Shown piece by piece: positions 25,782 through 37,053 of a stretch of 64,000 nucleotides of DNA (its first letter is position 1; every line of letters starts with the position of its first letter). The stretch spans positions 1,792,001-1,856,000 of the forward strand of contig OZ218778.1 in assembly GCA_965112635.1 (NCBI GenBank), read 5' to 3'. The translations under genes and the position numbers were made by a program. Source of the stretch: an uncultured bacterium. GTDB taxonomy: Bacteria > Oederibacteriota > Oederibacteriia > Oederibacteriales > Oederibacteriaceae. Below the pieces are notes generated by a model, which worked only from the letters and a program-made list of their open reading frames with translations, had not been told where the DNA came from and ran no database searches.

Positions 25782-28700
25782 ATGAAGCTGGAAGGCATGT
25801 TAAAAAAAATAGGGAAGGCGGTCGTCCTGGCTCTGGTCCTGGGCCTGGGGATGATGCCTTTGGCCTATGCCGGCACCCGCATCAAAACCGTGGAATTTTT
25901 CCTGGGCCAGTATGAGATGGGGCAGGTCAATCTTATCCCTGCCCTTGAGTTTGACACCCCGTCCAAAACCATCGCCCTTCCAGAATCCTCTATTGTTGTC
26001 CGTTCAGCCTGGGTGGACATGCATTTTGTCAGCCAGGATCAAACCAATTTTGAAGCCAATTTTACCGCTGTCACCTTGACGGCAGGCTCTGCGATAGGTT
26101 TTGCCAGCACCAGCAAATTCGCCGCGGCGACAGACAGCCATGATAATGCTTATCATGTGAGATATGACTTTACTTCGGCCCTGCAAACTTTGACCACCGG
26201 CCAATGGAATACTGGTCAAAGTGTTCAGGCCAAGATCAAATTTTTTGCCGCTACCAATTTCCATGCGGTCAAGCTGTATATCACCTATGAGTATGATGAT
26301 ACTTCCGCCACCCAGCTAAAAACCGTCAGATTCCCCCTGGATTCTATGGTGGGAGATTTGACCGTAGCTGACCTTCCTTGTACCGTGATGATCCCTCCAG
26401 CGGAAAGAAGTTCCCCGGGATACAGCTTGAAAGACGCCTGGTTCGAAGTGCACGGGCAGATGGATTATATCTCCGGTGCCATGACCGTAACCGCCCAGAT
26501 CTACCAGAGCGGCACTCCCCAGGGGTCTCCTTCCCAGGGAGGCTGTATCCCTTTGATCACCGGGAACGCTAATTTTGAGTGGACTTATTTTTACGATAAT
26601 ACAGCCAACCTGGCTCTGGATGGCACAACCCAAAGCCTGCGTTTAACGGCCAAGATGGGCAGTTTCCTGCATCCGGGCGGAGAACTGGTGGTCACTTACC
26701 AGGCCACCAATGATGTTATGGGCGCCTTAAAGACCGTGGAAATACCCCTGGCCCAGGGAGTTCTGGCCAATCAAGGTCCTGCCACTTTTACAATTCTGAA
26801 TTATCTCCAGGATAGCGGGGCCAACATACAAAAAATGTGGGCCAGGGTCAGAGGCGTCTGCAATGTGAACACTTATTCGGCCATTACTATTACCGGTGTG
26901 GCCAATGGCACACCAACGGGTCAGTTTGCTTATGAAATGTTTAGTTCCGGCGGCGGTTCAGATACCATGAATGAATACGAACTCATTTATGAAATGACCC
27001 AGCCCTATGCCAACCCCATGACCGTGACCCTGACCGCTACCGGCGGCTCCTCGCCCAGCGCTGTCCTGCTGATAACCTATGGTTGGAATAAGAACCAGAA
27101 TGGACATGAGTTCAAGACGCACCGGCAGCTGATAGGACAGGAAACCAGCCCTTTCCTGTCCGGGACAGTGGGAAATGTGACCGTTTATGCCCCTGAAACT
27201 AATACCAAAACCAAACAGGCTGCTTACGCGGATTGGACCTATTTTGCCGATGCCAATTCTACCAACTGGTGGGTCAGCACTACCATATCCGCGGGTTCGG
27301 GTATGGCCCCAGCTTATGCCGCATTAGACAACAGCTATAAACAGACAGAAGGGATCAACCCAGACCTGAGTAGTGCTGTTTCTGTTTTGAATGCTTCCAA
27401 TGGTCCTTATAGTTTTAATAGGAGCGGCTTTGTCATCGGTATGATGGGCGGGGATATGATCGTGACTTATGATGTAGCTTTCCCCACTTCCACCCCAACA
27501 AGTACGCCCCCGCCGTCAACGTCAACTCCCACTACTTCTCCGACCCGGACGGCTACGGTTACGCCAACTGGAACGGCAACAACAACACCTACATCCACCT
27601 CTACTAGAACTGCCACTAATACGGTTACTCCAACTTCCACATCGACAACCACCGTTACACTGAGTCAAACAGCTTCGGTCACTCCCAGCCTGACAATCAC
27701 TCCCACTGGAACCCAGACACTCACGCAGACCTATACCGCCGGTCCCAGCCAGACGGCTACAATGACCCCTACGAGCACAACCACGATGACGGTAACAGCA
27801 ACCCCTTCAGCAACGTTGACTATGACTACCACAGTCACGCAGACAGCCACACCGAATGGCGGCGGGACGACGATGCTGGATGCGATGACTGGGTTCAGCC
27901 TAGGTAGCGACCCGTGCGGCTACTTTCCTTTGCCAAGTGGTTCCATTACTCTTTCTAAAAATTCCAGTAACTATTACGATTGTTGCAATTCTTTACAAAT
28001 ATCCAACCTTACAAGCACTGGTACTATGGTGCAGATAAAAGTTGAAGATATCACAGGTTCTCCCCAGGATTGGTCCTGTTATTCATCCGTGTCTTTTTGG
28101 ATAATGGCAACTACTTCCGGGGTGCAATATCGGATTGGTTTAAGAGACAACTCCAGTAACTGGACTTGGTCAAGCACCAGTCCGCTTACTTGTCCAACCA
28201 GCTGGACGCAAGTAACCGTCCAGTTGCAAATGTTGGGAAATCCTACCGGATACGACGGATTTAAAAGCGGTTACCTAGGCCCTAATGACTTTAGCCAACT
28301 AACTTGCGTGGAAATCGAATGTGATACGGCCAATGCGACCATACTAATGAATGACCTGGCGTTAGAAGGTAGTCCCTGCACACCTTCTCCCACGCCGTCT
28401 GGGTCGACCTATACTTATTCCTATACCTATACTTACACAACACCGCCGACCAACACCAATACCAATACTCCCACGCCTAGCAGCGCCACCTTGTACCTGT
28501 TGAATACGACAACGGGTGATTCCAGTTTGTGGTATATGGACAAAACCAACCCGTCGCCCTCCACGGATACCACCACAATTCTTTCCACGGGGACCACGGC
28601 GGCTGGTAACTATTTCCTCGTTGAGCCTGGTGTGGCCAATTCCACCTCTTCAGGCACTGTTCTTCCCACTACTTTCAGCCAGATGGGCTGGAGAAGTCCA

Positions 28701-31700
28701 AATACTTCAGGCGGGACCATTTCAGCAGGGAACTGGACCGTTAATGTGAGCCTGACCAATAAGGCGGCCAGGTCCCACAAAGGATATGTCTGGGTCAGGT
28801 TCTGGAAGAGTTCCAACCCTGACGGCAGTGCAGCCACGGCTCTCAGCCCCTGGAACGAAAGCCCGAATCTGCTCAGTTTTCCTGCCTCGGTGACCACACT
28901 AGCGGATACTTTCAACGTTTCCATGCCGCTGGTGACCCTAAATAACGAATACCTTTTTGCGGAATACCTCTGGTTGATACAGACCGCGGGCCTTTCCAAT
29001 ACAGGGTTAAAATTTGTGGCCAATGAGGCCACCGGAGAGACCCTAGTTCTACCGGGATTTATTACTTTTACCCAGACCCCTACGCTGACTATGACGCCTA
29101 CGGTTACCGCGACACCCGGGGGCGGCTCTCAGGTTTTTTATAACGGCGAGCCGGGGGGAGGATTTAGCGATGCAGATTGCGGCGGTGCCTGTGATTATAT
29201 TGACACGGGTGGCGGCCATGGTGGAGCGGTCACTGAGGACGGAGCCAGTGCACATTCCGGATCCTATGGTTTTGATTTTACCTATAATACTAGTGCTGCG
29301 GATACAGATGGTTACTTTTCCTGGACCTGGACGACCAACTATCCCAGCAGGGCCATCAACATCAACTCCTACGATACCGTGTCTTTCTGGATAAAATCGA
29401 ACAGCACCAGGAACACAGATACTCTCTTCTTTTATTTGTTTGACATTAACAATGTGGCCACGAGCTCCCTGGATATTGAGCCATATATCGCTGGAGGGGG
29501 GCCTGTCAATCTTTCGTGGAAACAGGTCTCCATACCCCTTTGGGCGTTTACTTATGGCACTTTTAATAAAACCCAAGCCGCGGGTTTTGAAATAGACCTC
29601 AGCGACTCCGCCCTCACCGGGCCGGTGACCCTGCATATGGATGACGGATATTTCATGTTCTCCGGAGTGGGCACTCCCACCACTACACCCACACCAACGG
29701 CCACACCGAATGGCAGTTGCCCTAATAACCCCGCAATGTCAAATATCAGCATAGGGGTTGGTTCGGGGTATTCCAACTATAATGCCGGAACCTATACTGT
29801 CAATGGAATGGGCAATGGTGTTACAAATAGCGCTGATTCGTTCGACCTGGATTATCTAAGCGTTACGGGAAACAGTATTACGATGGTAGCCAGGGTGACG
29901 GGGGCTACTTATAACTCCGGCATCACAATCAGAAATAGCACCGGCAACGCCGCGGCCTTGGTCGCGCTGTCCATGAATAACAGCGGCATGCTTTACTGTT
30001 TATACCGGTACAACGACGGTATGGTAGCCAATAGCACTTATTATGGAACATATTCCTTCCCTTACTACCTTAAGATCATCCGCTATGGAAGCAGTAATTT
30101 TGATCTCCAGATATCAGCGGATGGCAACACTTGGAATGAGTTGACTTTTCTGAACGGGGTATCTTTAGGCAGTACGGTTGCTGTGGGACTCGAGACCTGG
30201 GATGGCACTGACACGGTCACGGCCACCGGAACTTTTGATAATGTTTGTATTCAAAGCTCCGGGGGGGTCAGTACCCCAACCTATACCCAGACCCTGACAC
30301 CCACGCCATCAGGACCGACCAATACTATTACCAATACCTTTACTATTACCAATACGATTACCCCTTCCTTTACCCCTGTGGGAGCGACCTATACCAACAC
30401 CCCCGTTTCCTGCGGGTGGTCCGAGGCGTTGCTGAGCCCGGCTGAACAGCCCTGGCAGTCGGGATACAACGATACGCAGCCTGGCACCAACGCTCCTTAT
30501 CCAGTTGCCGGGGTAGCCAACCTGGGGCAGGGGATAGCCAATTTCGGCTGCGGCCAGGGCTATATTGCCACCAATTCGGACCAGGATGTCTACCAGTTCC
30601 GCATTCTGAGCTCGGACATCAATAACGGCACCTGCACCAATATGCTTAAGATAGTTTTCACTCCCCCGTCCACTAGTGATAGTTATTATTGTAATCTTTA
30701 TCACTGGAGCGGCTCTTCCTGGCAATCTTCGAATAGCCACAGCGGGGGCAGTGCCATGACCTTTTATTGCGATCTGTCCGCGGGCGGGAACCAGGATTTT
30801 TATATGGTCATCGGCAGCCAAAGCGGTTCCGACCAAGGTCATCCCTATGTGGTCCAGATGTCTATGTTGCAAACCGGGACTATCAGCGGCGTAGTGACGG
30901 CCGTTGGCGTGGGGGCTTCTGGGTCAAGCGGCATTGGAGTCTCGGCATGCGATTCTCAGAGCAATAGTTTTGGCGGGAGCTCCACGAACTCCTCAGGGGC
31001 CTACACGGTCCGTGTGCCAATCAATACGACGGTTTCCAAGATTACCGCGACGCGCGGATGGTACTACGGATGCGCCAGTGACTGGTCCTATGGAACTTCG
31101 GTACTTAACTACGGCGCCGGGGAGGTACTGGCCTCTCAGTGCCAAAGTCTGACCAACCAAAATTTCAATGTTTATCCTGACGCGATCTTAAAAGGAAATA
31201 TAACAGGGCTGACCAACGGGACCAGTATCAATATGAAGATCAGTGACCCCTATGGCTCCAATTTTTCAAATTACGTGCAATTTAACTATAATTCTTCCGC
31301 CCCGACCTATTATGAGATCCACAACGCCATGCCGCGCACCTATGATCTATCCGTTTATCCCAGCGATGCTACTAAAGCCCCGCTGTTCTTCCATAATATA
31401 ACCGTCACGGATGGCTTGCAGACCACCCAGAACTGGAACTTTATCTCGGGCGGCAGCATCAGCGGGACGATCTCGCCGACGGATCCCGGCGTGGAGGTAG
31501 ACTTTTACGAGGGAGGGACCAATTTTTCAGGGGATCCCATTTATACGACCAGGACCGCTTCTGGTGCTTCCTACTTTATGACCAATATGCAACCGGGTAG
31601 TTATGATATAAAGCTCAGCTCCGGTGGTGGTGGCCCGGCACCCTTTTACGCCTATAACTCAATACCCGTGACCAATGGCAACAACACCAACCAGCCGATC

Positions 31701-34700
31701 ACCGGCCTGAACGGCAATAGCACCATTTCCGGCCAGGTCTTTGACACCGCAGGTTATGGAGCCGGGAACCTTACCCTCATAGGATACAGGGTCGGAGATA
31801 ACGTCATGCAGTTGGCTATCCCTATGATGATGGTAACTCCGGTAGGGTCGGCTTCACCTTATACCTATACTTTGCCAGTGGATACCACTTATGGGGGCTC
31901 GTGGAACATTGCGTTGATTGCCAATTTGCAATCCAATAGCTGGCCGACCTTCCTGGACGCCCTTGCTAATGTTCCAGCAGGATCCACAGGCCAGAATCTT
32001 ACCACTAACGGGGGACACAAAATTTCCGGAATGGTATTAGTAGGGGGGCAGACTTTTAGCCAGCTCGGTTATTTAAATAACAGCAGTAATTTACCTGTTT
32101 TTATTTTTAATTCCAGCAATGTTTGGCGTGACGGAAACAGCCTGGACTCGTTGGGTAACTATATTTCACACCAGCTTCCTGACGGAACTTATACCCTGAA
32201 GCTTAACCAGAGATTTTTGAGTACTGCCCAGATCAGTCCGACCCTTGCGGGCGTTGACCTCTACAATCAGAACTTTAACCTTACCGTGGATCCCACACAG
32301 GATATCTTTTATCCCTATGCCAGCCAGCTCTATCCGGCCAACAATATGACCATTCTCAACAGCCAGCCGACCATCAGCGCGTCTCTGTCCGATGGGACGC
32401 TGGGCACTGCTATCCAGAACATCTCGACCAAAATAGACGGCGGCACGGTGGGGAATACTTTCAATTCCGGCGTGGTGAGCTTTAGCCCGGCTGCGGCTCT
32501 TTCCGGCGGGTCTCACAGTGCTGAGGTCAAGTTCAGTGATTCCGCCAGCCCTTCAGCCCACAGCCAGGATGAGGTCTGGACCTTCAGTATTGCCACCTCC
32601 ACCAACACCCCTTCTTCCACGCTGACCTCTACGATGACACAAACGCCGACACCCTTGCCTACACCCGTTTTCACCAGTATCAACGGCGGGCCCAGCGCGT
32701 TCCTGGGCGAGGGTGCCACTGCCCAGACCATAACTATTGTCGGAAACAATTTTGGAGGAACCATCGGGTCAGTAAGTTTCAGCGGGGCTGGTGTCACAGT
32801 GACCAGCTATCCAGCCTGGAACAACACTACTATCACTTTATCCGTCAATGTGGATACCTATGCTCCCACCAACACCATTCCCGACCGATTTCTCACTATT
32901 GTCAACGGGTCCAACGGCGGCTCCGCGATGACGGGAAATGTGTTTTATGTGGTGCCCCGGCCCAATGCCAGCATTACCACATTCATGTATCCTTCCAACC
33001 TGGGTCAGGGAGCTGTAAACGCTACCATCGATATCTTTGACCCCTCAGGATATTTCGGGTCAACTCCGGGCTCGCTCCTGCTGGATGCTCCCGGCCATAC
33101 CAATATCACCTCGTACAGCATTCAGGCGTGGGACAGTCATTCCATCACCATGACCGCCAGCGCTAGCAGCAGCGCTATTCCAGGCGACTATGGACTGACC
33201 ATCACCGCCTCTTCGGCCAGCGGATCCGGTATTGGTGTGTTTAATTGGTTCTCAGTTGTGCCCGGCCCCGTGGTCAACAGTGTTTCCACCACATCCAACC
33301 TCAACTATCTGGGCCAGGGCGCAGTCAATCAGATTGTGAATGTCTATGGCGCTGGGTTTGGGGCTAGCCGTGGGACAAGCGGGTCAGTCAGTTTCAGTGG
33401 GCCCGGTATTACAGTAAACGGATATCCAAGCTGGAGCGATAGTCAGATACAGGTCAATGTATCTGTTGCGCTAAATGCTTGGACCACATCCCGGACGGTC
33501 ACCGTGGTGAACGGCCTGAACTACGGCCAGGTAACCACGGGCAATATATTCAGCGTATCTCCTTCCCCCAATTCGTTCGGTTTCACGGTGATGACCCCTC
33601 CCGGCTTGTTCCAAGGGGCTAGCAACGTGACCATCAATCTCTATGACCCCAATGCGACTTTTGGGACCGCTCCTGGTTTGCTGCTGCTGGATAGCGCCAG
33701 CGGTAATGCCAACATTACCTCTTATAGCCCCAATATGTGGAGCGCTAATTCCATTACCCTGACCGCCAGCGTGAGCAGTACTGCCGCCTTTGGGTACTAT
33801 GCCCTGACCATCACGGCGAATGTCGGTAACGGGTCCGGTGTCGGGGCTTTCAACGGGTTCCGCATCATCCCGTCGTCCACGGCTACAGCCACGGCAACGG
33901 CGACGGCAACCAGCACCGCCACCGTGACGACCACGGCCACGCAGACAGCCACCCAGACGGCGACCCAGACGGCCACCAATACCGCCACAACCACAGCAAC
34001 TAGCACGGCTTCTAGTACGGCTACCAATACGGCGACCCAGTCTGCCACAGCTACGAGCACGGCAGCATTCACAGGGACCTATACAGCTACGGGCACGGCT
34101 ACCCAGACTGCCACGAATACAAACACCGAGACCGCGACCAGCACAGCAACAAATACGGAGACCCAGAGTGCCACTAATACGGCTTCCCAAACAGCATCCC
34201 AGACCGTGACCCTGACGGCTACAAATACAGCTACGAATTCAGCGACGGCCACGGCCACCAATACGGTGACGCAGACCGCCACAGCCACTGGCACGGCAGC
34301 ATTCACAGGGACCTATACAGCTACGGGCACGGCTACTCAGACTGCCACGAATACAAACACCGAGACCGCGACCAGCACAGCAACAAATACGGCTACCCAG
34401 ACGGCCTCCCAGACGACCACTCAGACCACCACGGCAACGGGCACGGCAGCATTCACAGGGACCTATACGGCCACAGGAACGGCTACCCAGACGGTTACGA
34501 ATACGGACACCCAGACTGGGACCAGCACAGCTACAAATACGGCTACCCAAACCTCCAGCCAGACGGCTTCCCAAACAGCATCCCAGACCACAACCCAGAC
34601 GGCCACCAATACCATAACGAATACAGCTACGGCCACAGTCACCAGCACGATCACACAGACCGCCACAGCCACGGACACGGCAGCATTTACAGGGACCTAT

Positions 34701-37004
34701 TCAGCTACGAGCACGGCTACCCAGACGGTTACAAATACAGCCACCCAGACAGCGACCAGTACGGCGACGAATTCAGCGACTGAAACGGTTACCGGCACGA
34801 TCACCCAAACCGCCACAGCCACCAATACCATAACGAATACTGCGACGGCCACGGCGACCAGCACGATTACCCAGACCACCACAGCCACGAATACGGCTGT
34901 ATTCACAGGGACCAATACGGATACGAGTACGGCTACCCTGACGGTCACCAATACGGATAGCCAGACGGCTACGGCTACAGCCACCCAGTCGGCTACCGCC
35001 ACGACCACGGCAACGGCGACCTATACCGGGACCATTACCAACACGGCTACGGAAACCGCGACCGCGACCCTGACGCTCTCCACCACCGAGACTGCCACCT
35101 CGTCCTTGACCCAGACGATTACGCTGACTGCTACCGCCACCAACACGGCCACCGAGACTATGACCACCACGGCAACCCTGACCTCCACGGTAACAGGGTC
35201 CCAGACCGTGACCGCTACGGAAACCCTGACCGCTACGATCACTTTGACCTTTACGGACACGCCAGTCAATACCGGCACAGCCACCGTGACCGCGACCTAT
35301 ACGGCGACCAATACGGTCAGCCCGTCTGCGACATACACCGCGACTGTGACGGCATCGGGCAGCCCTACAGTCACGGCGACCATAACCCAGACCATGACCC
35401 AGACCATGACGATGACCGTTTCGCCGACAGCGACTGATTCAGGCACTCCGACCATAACCAATACCCAGAGCCAGACCGCCACCATCACTCTGACCTCTAC
35501 CGTGACTTTGACGGGCACCCAGACACAAACACCCTCCCAGACCTTTACCCCGGGCGGGTCCACAGCGCCGGGAGGATTGACCATCACCGCCCAGCTCAAT
35601 CAGGAAATTGACCTCAAATGGAATGCCGCGATACAGGGTTATTACCGCATCACCAACTATAAGATTTATAGGAACGTTGGAGTGCCGGGTCCGCCTTGGC
35701 TGAACTCTTTCCAGGTCAACTCAACACAATTGTCCTATCAGGACCACAACGTGACGAACGGGACCCTTTATTACTACACCGTGGCTGCGGTAGACAGTCA
35801 ACTTAACGAAGTGGCAGCATTCCCCGTCTATGGGACGCCGCAAAATATCGTTGATCCCGCTCAAAATCTTGCGGCTTCCTGCGGGAGCGGCGGCATTACC
35901 CTTACCTGGAACGAGCCCTATGGGGGCAGCAGAACATTGAACTATTTCAATGTATTCCGTTCAACCACTCCGGGGGGGCCATATCCCATTACCGTAACAG
36001 CGGTTACTTATACTTCAGCAGGCTATGCCGATTCTTGCCTGGATCCCTACGCTCCCAACGGGATGACCATTTATTACATTGTGATTACGTATGATAATGC
36101 CGGTAATCCCAGCACAGGGTCCAACGAAGCCAGCGTGGTCAACACCAAATCTTTGGATGGCTATGTTTACAAAACCGACGGGAGTACTCCGATTTCAGCA
36201 GTTTCTGTTTACGCCTATCTGAACGGCTTGCAGCAGAGTGTGGCCACGACGGATGTTACAGGTTATTACTCGTTCTTTAACCTGTCCGACGGGATCTATA
36301 GTGTCCAGGCTTCAGCCAGCACTTTGGAAGGGATATTGAGTTCGGCTTACCAGCCGGCTGCCACAGGCATGTCCGGGTTTAACTTTACCCTGGAGGTCAA
36401 CTATGTACTGAGCGTGGTGAGCGGGGCGTTGGATATGAAATCAGCCAAGGCCAAAGCCGCGTCCATTACAGCCATTCACACCTATGCCGCGGAAGGAAGC
36501 TGGATAGAATTATGGCAGAACGGCCGGTCCCTGGTTAGGGTCAACACAGACCCCAATGGGAACTTCACCATACCCAACCTGCTTTCCGGGATGTACCAGG
36601 TCAGGGGATACTATAACGGGGTGGAGGTGGTCACCCAGACCGTGACTCTGCATGCCGGCGAGCGTCTGGCTTTGAACCTCAACGGGGTCAACGGCGTGCC
36701 AGATGACCAGGTTTACGTGTTCCCCAACCCCGCCAAGACAGGCAGCGCGACCTTCAGGTTCCAGGTAGGCTTTACAAACTACGATATATCGCTGAAGATA
36801 TTCACGCTGGCCGGCGATATGGTCAGGGAGTTCACGAACACGGATATCAGCTGCAACACGACCGATTGCAGGGTCAAGTGGGACCTCACCGACGAGCAGC
36901 ACAAGGCAGTCGCCAGTGGCGTTTATTTCTATGTCCTGAAAGTGAAGGACTTGGATACCAATAACCTCTACACGGTGGTCAAGAAAGTGGCTGTGATAAA
37001 GTAA
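25782..37004 (+). CDS. 3740-aa multidomain surface/adhesin-like protein with a T9SS-type-A/FlgD-Ig-like C-terminal domain
   Basis: Signal peptide; four N-terminal repeats; CBM-like and lectin-like domains; PPC-like, carboxypeptidase-regulatory-like, IPT/TIG and FN3 domains; a Thr-X stalk; CTD VFPNP...IFTLAG.MVRE...WD.TDE....VASGVYFY...KKVAVIK. Confidence 0.85.
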   Translation: MKLEGMLKKIGKAVVLALVLGLGMMPLAYAGTRIKTVEFFLGQYEMGQVNLIPALEFDTPSKTIALPESSIVVRSAWVDMHFVSQDQTNFEANFTAVTLTAGSAIGFASTSKFAAATDSHDNAYHVRYDFTSALQTLTTGQWNTGQSVQAKIKFFAATNFHAVKLYITYEYDDTSATQLKTVRFPLDSMVGDLTVADLPCTVMIPPAERSSPGYSLKDAWFEVHGQMDYISGAMTVTAQIYQSGTPQGSPSQGGCIPLITGNANFEWTYFYDNTANLALDGTTQSLRLTAKMGSFLHPGGELVVTYQATNDVMGALKTVEIPLAQGVLANQGPATFTILNYLQDSGANIQKMWARVRGVCNVNTYSAITITGVANGTPTGQFAYEMFSSGGGSDTMNEYELIYEMTQPYANPMTVTLTATGGSSPSAVLLITYGWNKNQNGHEFKTHRQLIGQETSPFLSGTVGNVTVYAPETNTKTKQAAYADWTYFADANSTNWWVSTTISAGSGMAPAYAALDNSYKQTEGINPDLSSAVSVLNASNGPYSFNRSGFVIGMMGGDMIVTYDVAFPTSTPTSTPPPSTSTPTTSPTRTATVTPTGTATTTPTSTSTRTATNTVTPTSTSTTTVTLSQTASVTPSLTITPTGTQTLTQTYTAGPSQTATMTPTSTTTMTVTATPSATLTMTTTVTQTATPNGGGTTMLDAMTGFSLGSDPCGYFPLPSGSITLSKNSSNYYDCCNSLQISNLTSTGTMVQIKVEDITGSPQDWSCYSSVSFWIMATTSGVQYRIGLRDNSSNWTWSSTSPLTCPTSWTQVTVQLQMLGNPTGYDGFKSGYLGPNDFSQLTCVEIECDTANATILMNDLALEGSPCTPSPTPSGSTYTYSYTYTYTTPPTNTNTNTPTPSSATLYLLNTTTGDSSLWYMDKTNPSPSTDTTTILSTGTTAAGNYFLVEPGVANSTSSGTVLPTTFSQMGWRSPNTSGGTISAGNWTVNVSLTNKAARSHKGYVWVRFWKSSNPDGSAATALSPWNESPNLLSFPASVTTLADTFNVSMPLVTLNNEYLFAEYLWLIQTAGLSNTGLKFVANEATGETLVLPGFITFTQTPTLTMTPTVTATPGGGSQVFYNGEPGGGFSDADCGGACDYIDTGGGHGGAVTEDGASAHSGSYGFDFTYNTSAADTDGYFSWTWTTNYPSRAININSYDTVSFWIKSNSTRNTDTLFFYLFDINNVATSSLDIEPYIAGGGPVNLSWKQVSIPLWAFTYGTFNKTQAAGFEIDLSDSALTGPVTLHMDDGYFMFSGVGTPTTTPTPTATPNGSCPNNPAMSNISIGVGSGYSNYNAGTYTVNGMGNGVTNSADSFDLDYLSVTGNSITMVARVTGATYNSGITIRNSTGNAAALVALSMNNSGMLYCLYRYNDGMVANSTYYGTYSFPYYLKIIRYGSSNFDLQISADGNTWNELTFLNGVSLGSTVAVGLETWDGTDTVTATGTFDNVCIQSSGGVSTPTYTQTLTPTPSGPTNTITNTFTITNTITPSFTPVGATYTNTPVSCGWSEALLSPAEQPWQSGYNDTQPGTNAPYPVAGVANLGQGIANFGCGQGYIATNSDQDVYQFRILSSDINNGTCTNMLKIVFTPPSTSDSYYCNLYHWSGSSWQSSNSHSGGSAMTFYCDLSAGGNQDFYMVIGSQSGSDQGHPYVVQMSMLQTGTISGVVTAVGVGASGSSGIGVSACDSQSNSFGGSSTNSSGAYTVRVPINTTVSKITATRGWYYGCASDWSYGTSVLNYGAGEVLASQCQSLTNQNFNVYPDAILKGNITGLTNGTSINMKISDPYGSNFSNYVQFNYNSSAPTYYEIHNAMPRTYDLSVYPSDATKAPLFFHNITVTDGLQTTQNWNFISGGSISGTISPTDPGVEVDFYEGGTNFSGDPIYTTRTASGASYFMTNMQPGSYDIKLSSGGGGPAPFYAYNSIPVTNGNNTNQPITGLNGNSTISGQVFDTAGYGAGNLTLIGYRVGDNVMQLAIPMMMVTPVGSASPYTYTLPVDTTYGGSWNIALIANLQSNSWPTFLDALANVPAGSTGQNLTTNGGHKISGMVLVGGQTFSQLGYLNNSSNLPVFIFNSSNVWRDGNSLDSLGNYISHQLPDGTYTLKLNQRFLSTAQISPTLAGVDLYNQNFNLTVDPTQDIFYPYASQLYPANNMTILNSQPTISASLSDGTLGTAIQNISTKIDGGTVGNTFNSGVVSFSPAAALSGGSHSAEVKFSDSASPSAHSQDEVWTFSIATSTNTPSSTLTSTMTQTPTPLPTPVFTSINGGPSAFLGEGATAQTITIVGNNFGGTIGSVSFSGAGVTVTSYPAWNNTTITLSVNVDTYAPTNTIPDRFLTIVNGSNGGSAMTGNVFYVVPRPNASITTFMYPSNLGQGAVNATIDIFDPSGYFGSTPGSLLLDAPGHTNITSYSIQAWDSHSITMTASASSSAIPGDYGLTITASSASGSGIGVFNWFSVVPGPVVNSVSTTSNLNYLGQGAVNQIVNVYGAGFGASRGTSGSVSFSGPGITVNGYPSWSDSQIQVNVSVALNAWTTSRTVTVVNGLNYGQVTTGNIFSVSPSPNSFGFTVMTPPGLFQGASNVTINLYDPNATFGTAPGLLLLDSASGNANITSYSPNMWSANSITLTASVSSTAAFGYYALTITANVGNGSGVGAFNGFRIIPSSTATATATATATSTATVTTTATQTATQTATQTATNTATTTATSTASSTATNTATQSATATSTAAFTGTYTATGTATQTATNTNTETATSTATNTETQSATNTASQTASQTVTLTATNTATNSATATATNTVTQTATATGTAAFTGTYTATGTATQTATNTNTETATSTATNTATQTASQTTTQTTTATGTAAFTGTYTATGTATQTVTNTDTQTGTSTATNTATQTSSQTASQTASQTTTQTATNTITNTATATVTSTITQTATATDTAAFTGTYSATSTATQTVTNTATQTATSTATNSATETVTGTITQTATATNTITNTATATATSTITQTTTATNTAVFTGTNTDTSTATLTVTNTDSQTATATATQSATATTTATATYTGTITNTATETATATLTLSTTETATSSLTQTITLTATATNTATETMTTTATLTSTVTGSQTVTATETLTATITLTFTDTPVNTGTATVTATYTATNTVSPSATYTATVTASGSPTVTATITQTMTQTMTMTVSPTATDSGTPTITNTQSQTATITLTSTVTLTGTQTQTPSQTFTPGGSTAPGGLTITAQLNQEIDLKWNAAIQGYYRITNYKIYRNVGVPGPPWLNSFQVNSTQLSYQDHNVTNGTLYYYTVAAVDSQLNEVAAFPVYGTPQNIVDPAQNLAASCGSGGITLTWNEPYGGSRTLNYFNVFRSTTPGGPYPITVTAVTYTSAGYADSCLDPYAPNGMTIYYIVITYDNAGNPSTGSNEASVVNTKSLDGYVYKTDGSTPISAVSVYAYLNGLQQSVATTDVTGYYSFFNLSDGIYSVQASASTLEGILSSAYQPAATGMSGFNFTLEVNYVLSVVSGALDMKSAKAKAASITAIHTYAAEGSWIELWQNGRSLVRVNTDPNGNFTIPNLLSGMYQVRGYYNGVEVVTQTVTLHAGERLALNLNGVNGVPDDQVYVFPNPAKTGSATFRFQVGFTNYDISLKIFTLAGDMVREFTNTDISCNTTDCRVKWDLTDEQHKAVASGVYFYVLKVKDLDTNNLYTVVKKVAVIK
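33878..35550 (+). repeat. (Thr-X)n low-complexity coding repeat inside the 3740-aa protein
   Basis: About 550 codons of alternating ACN; recurring GCAGCATTCACAGGGACCTATAC (AAFTGTYT) units. Confidence 0.9.
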
Positions 37005-37053
37005 TGCCCTTAAAAAGGAAAGGGTCAGGAAGATGAGAATAAGGAGAGCTGGT

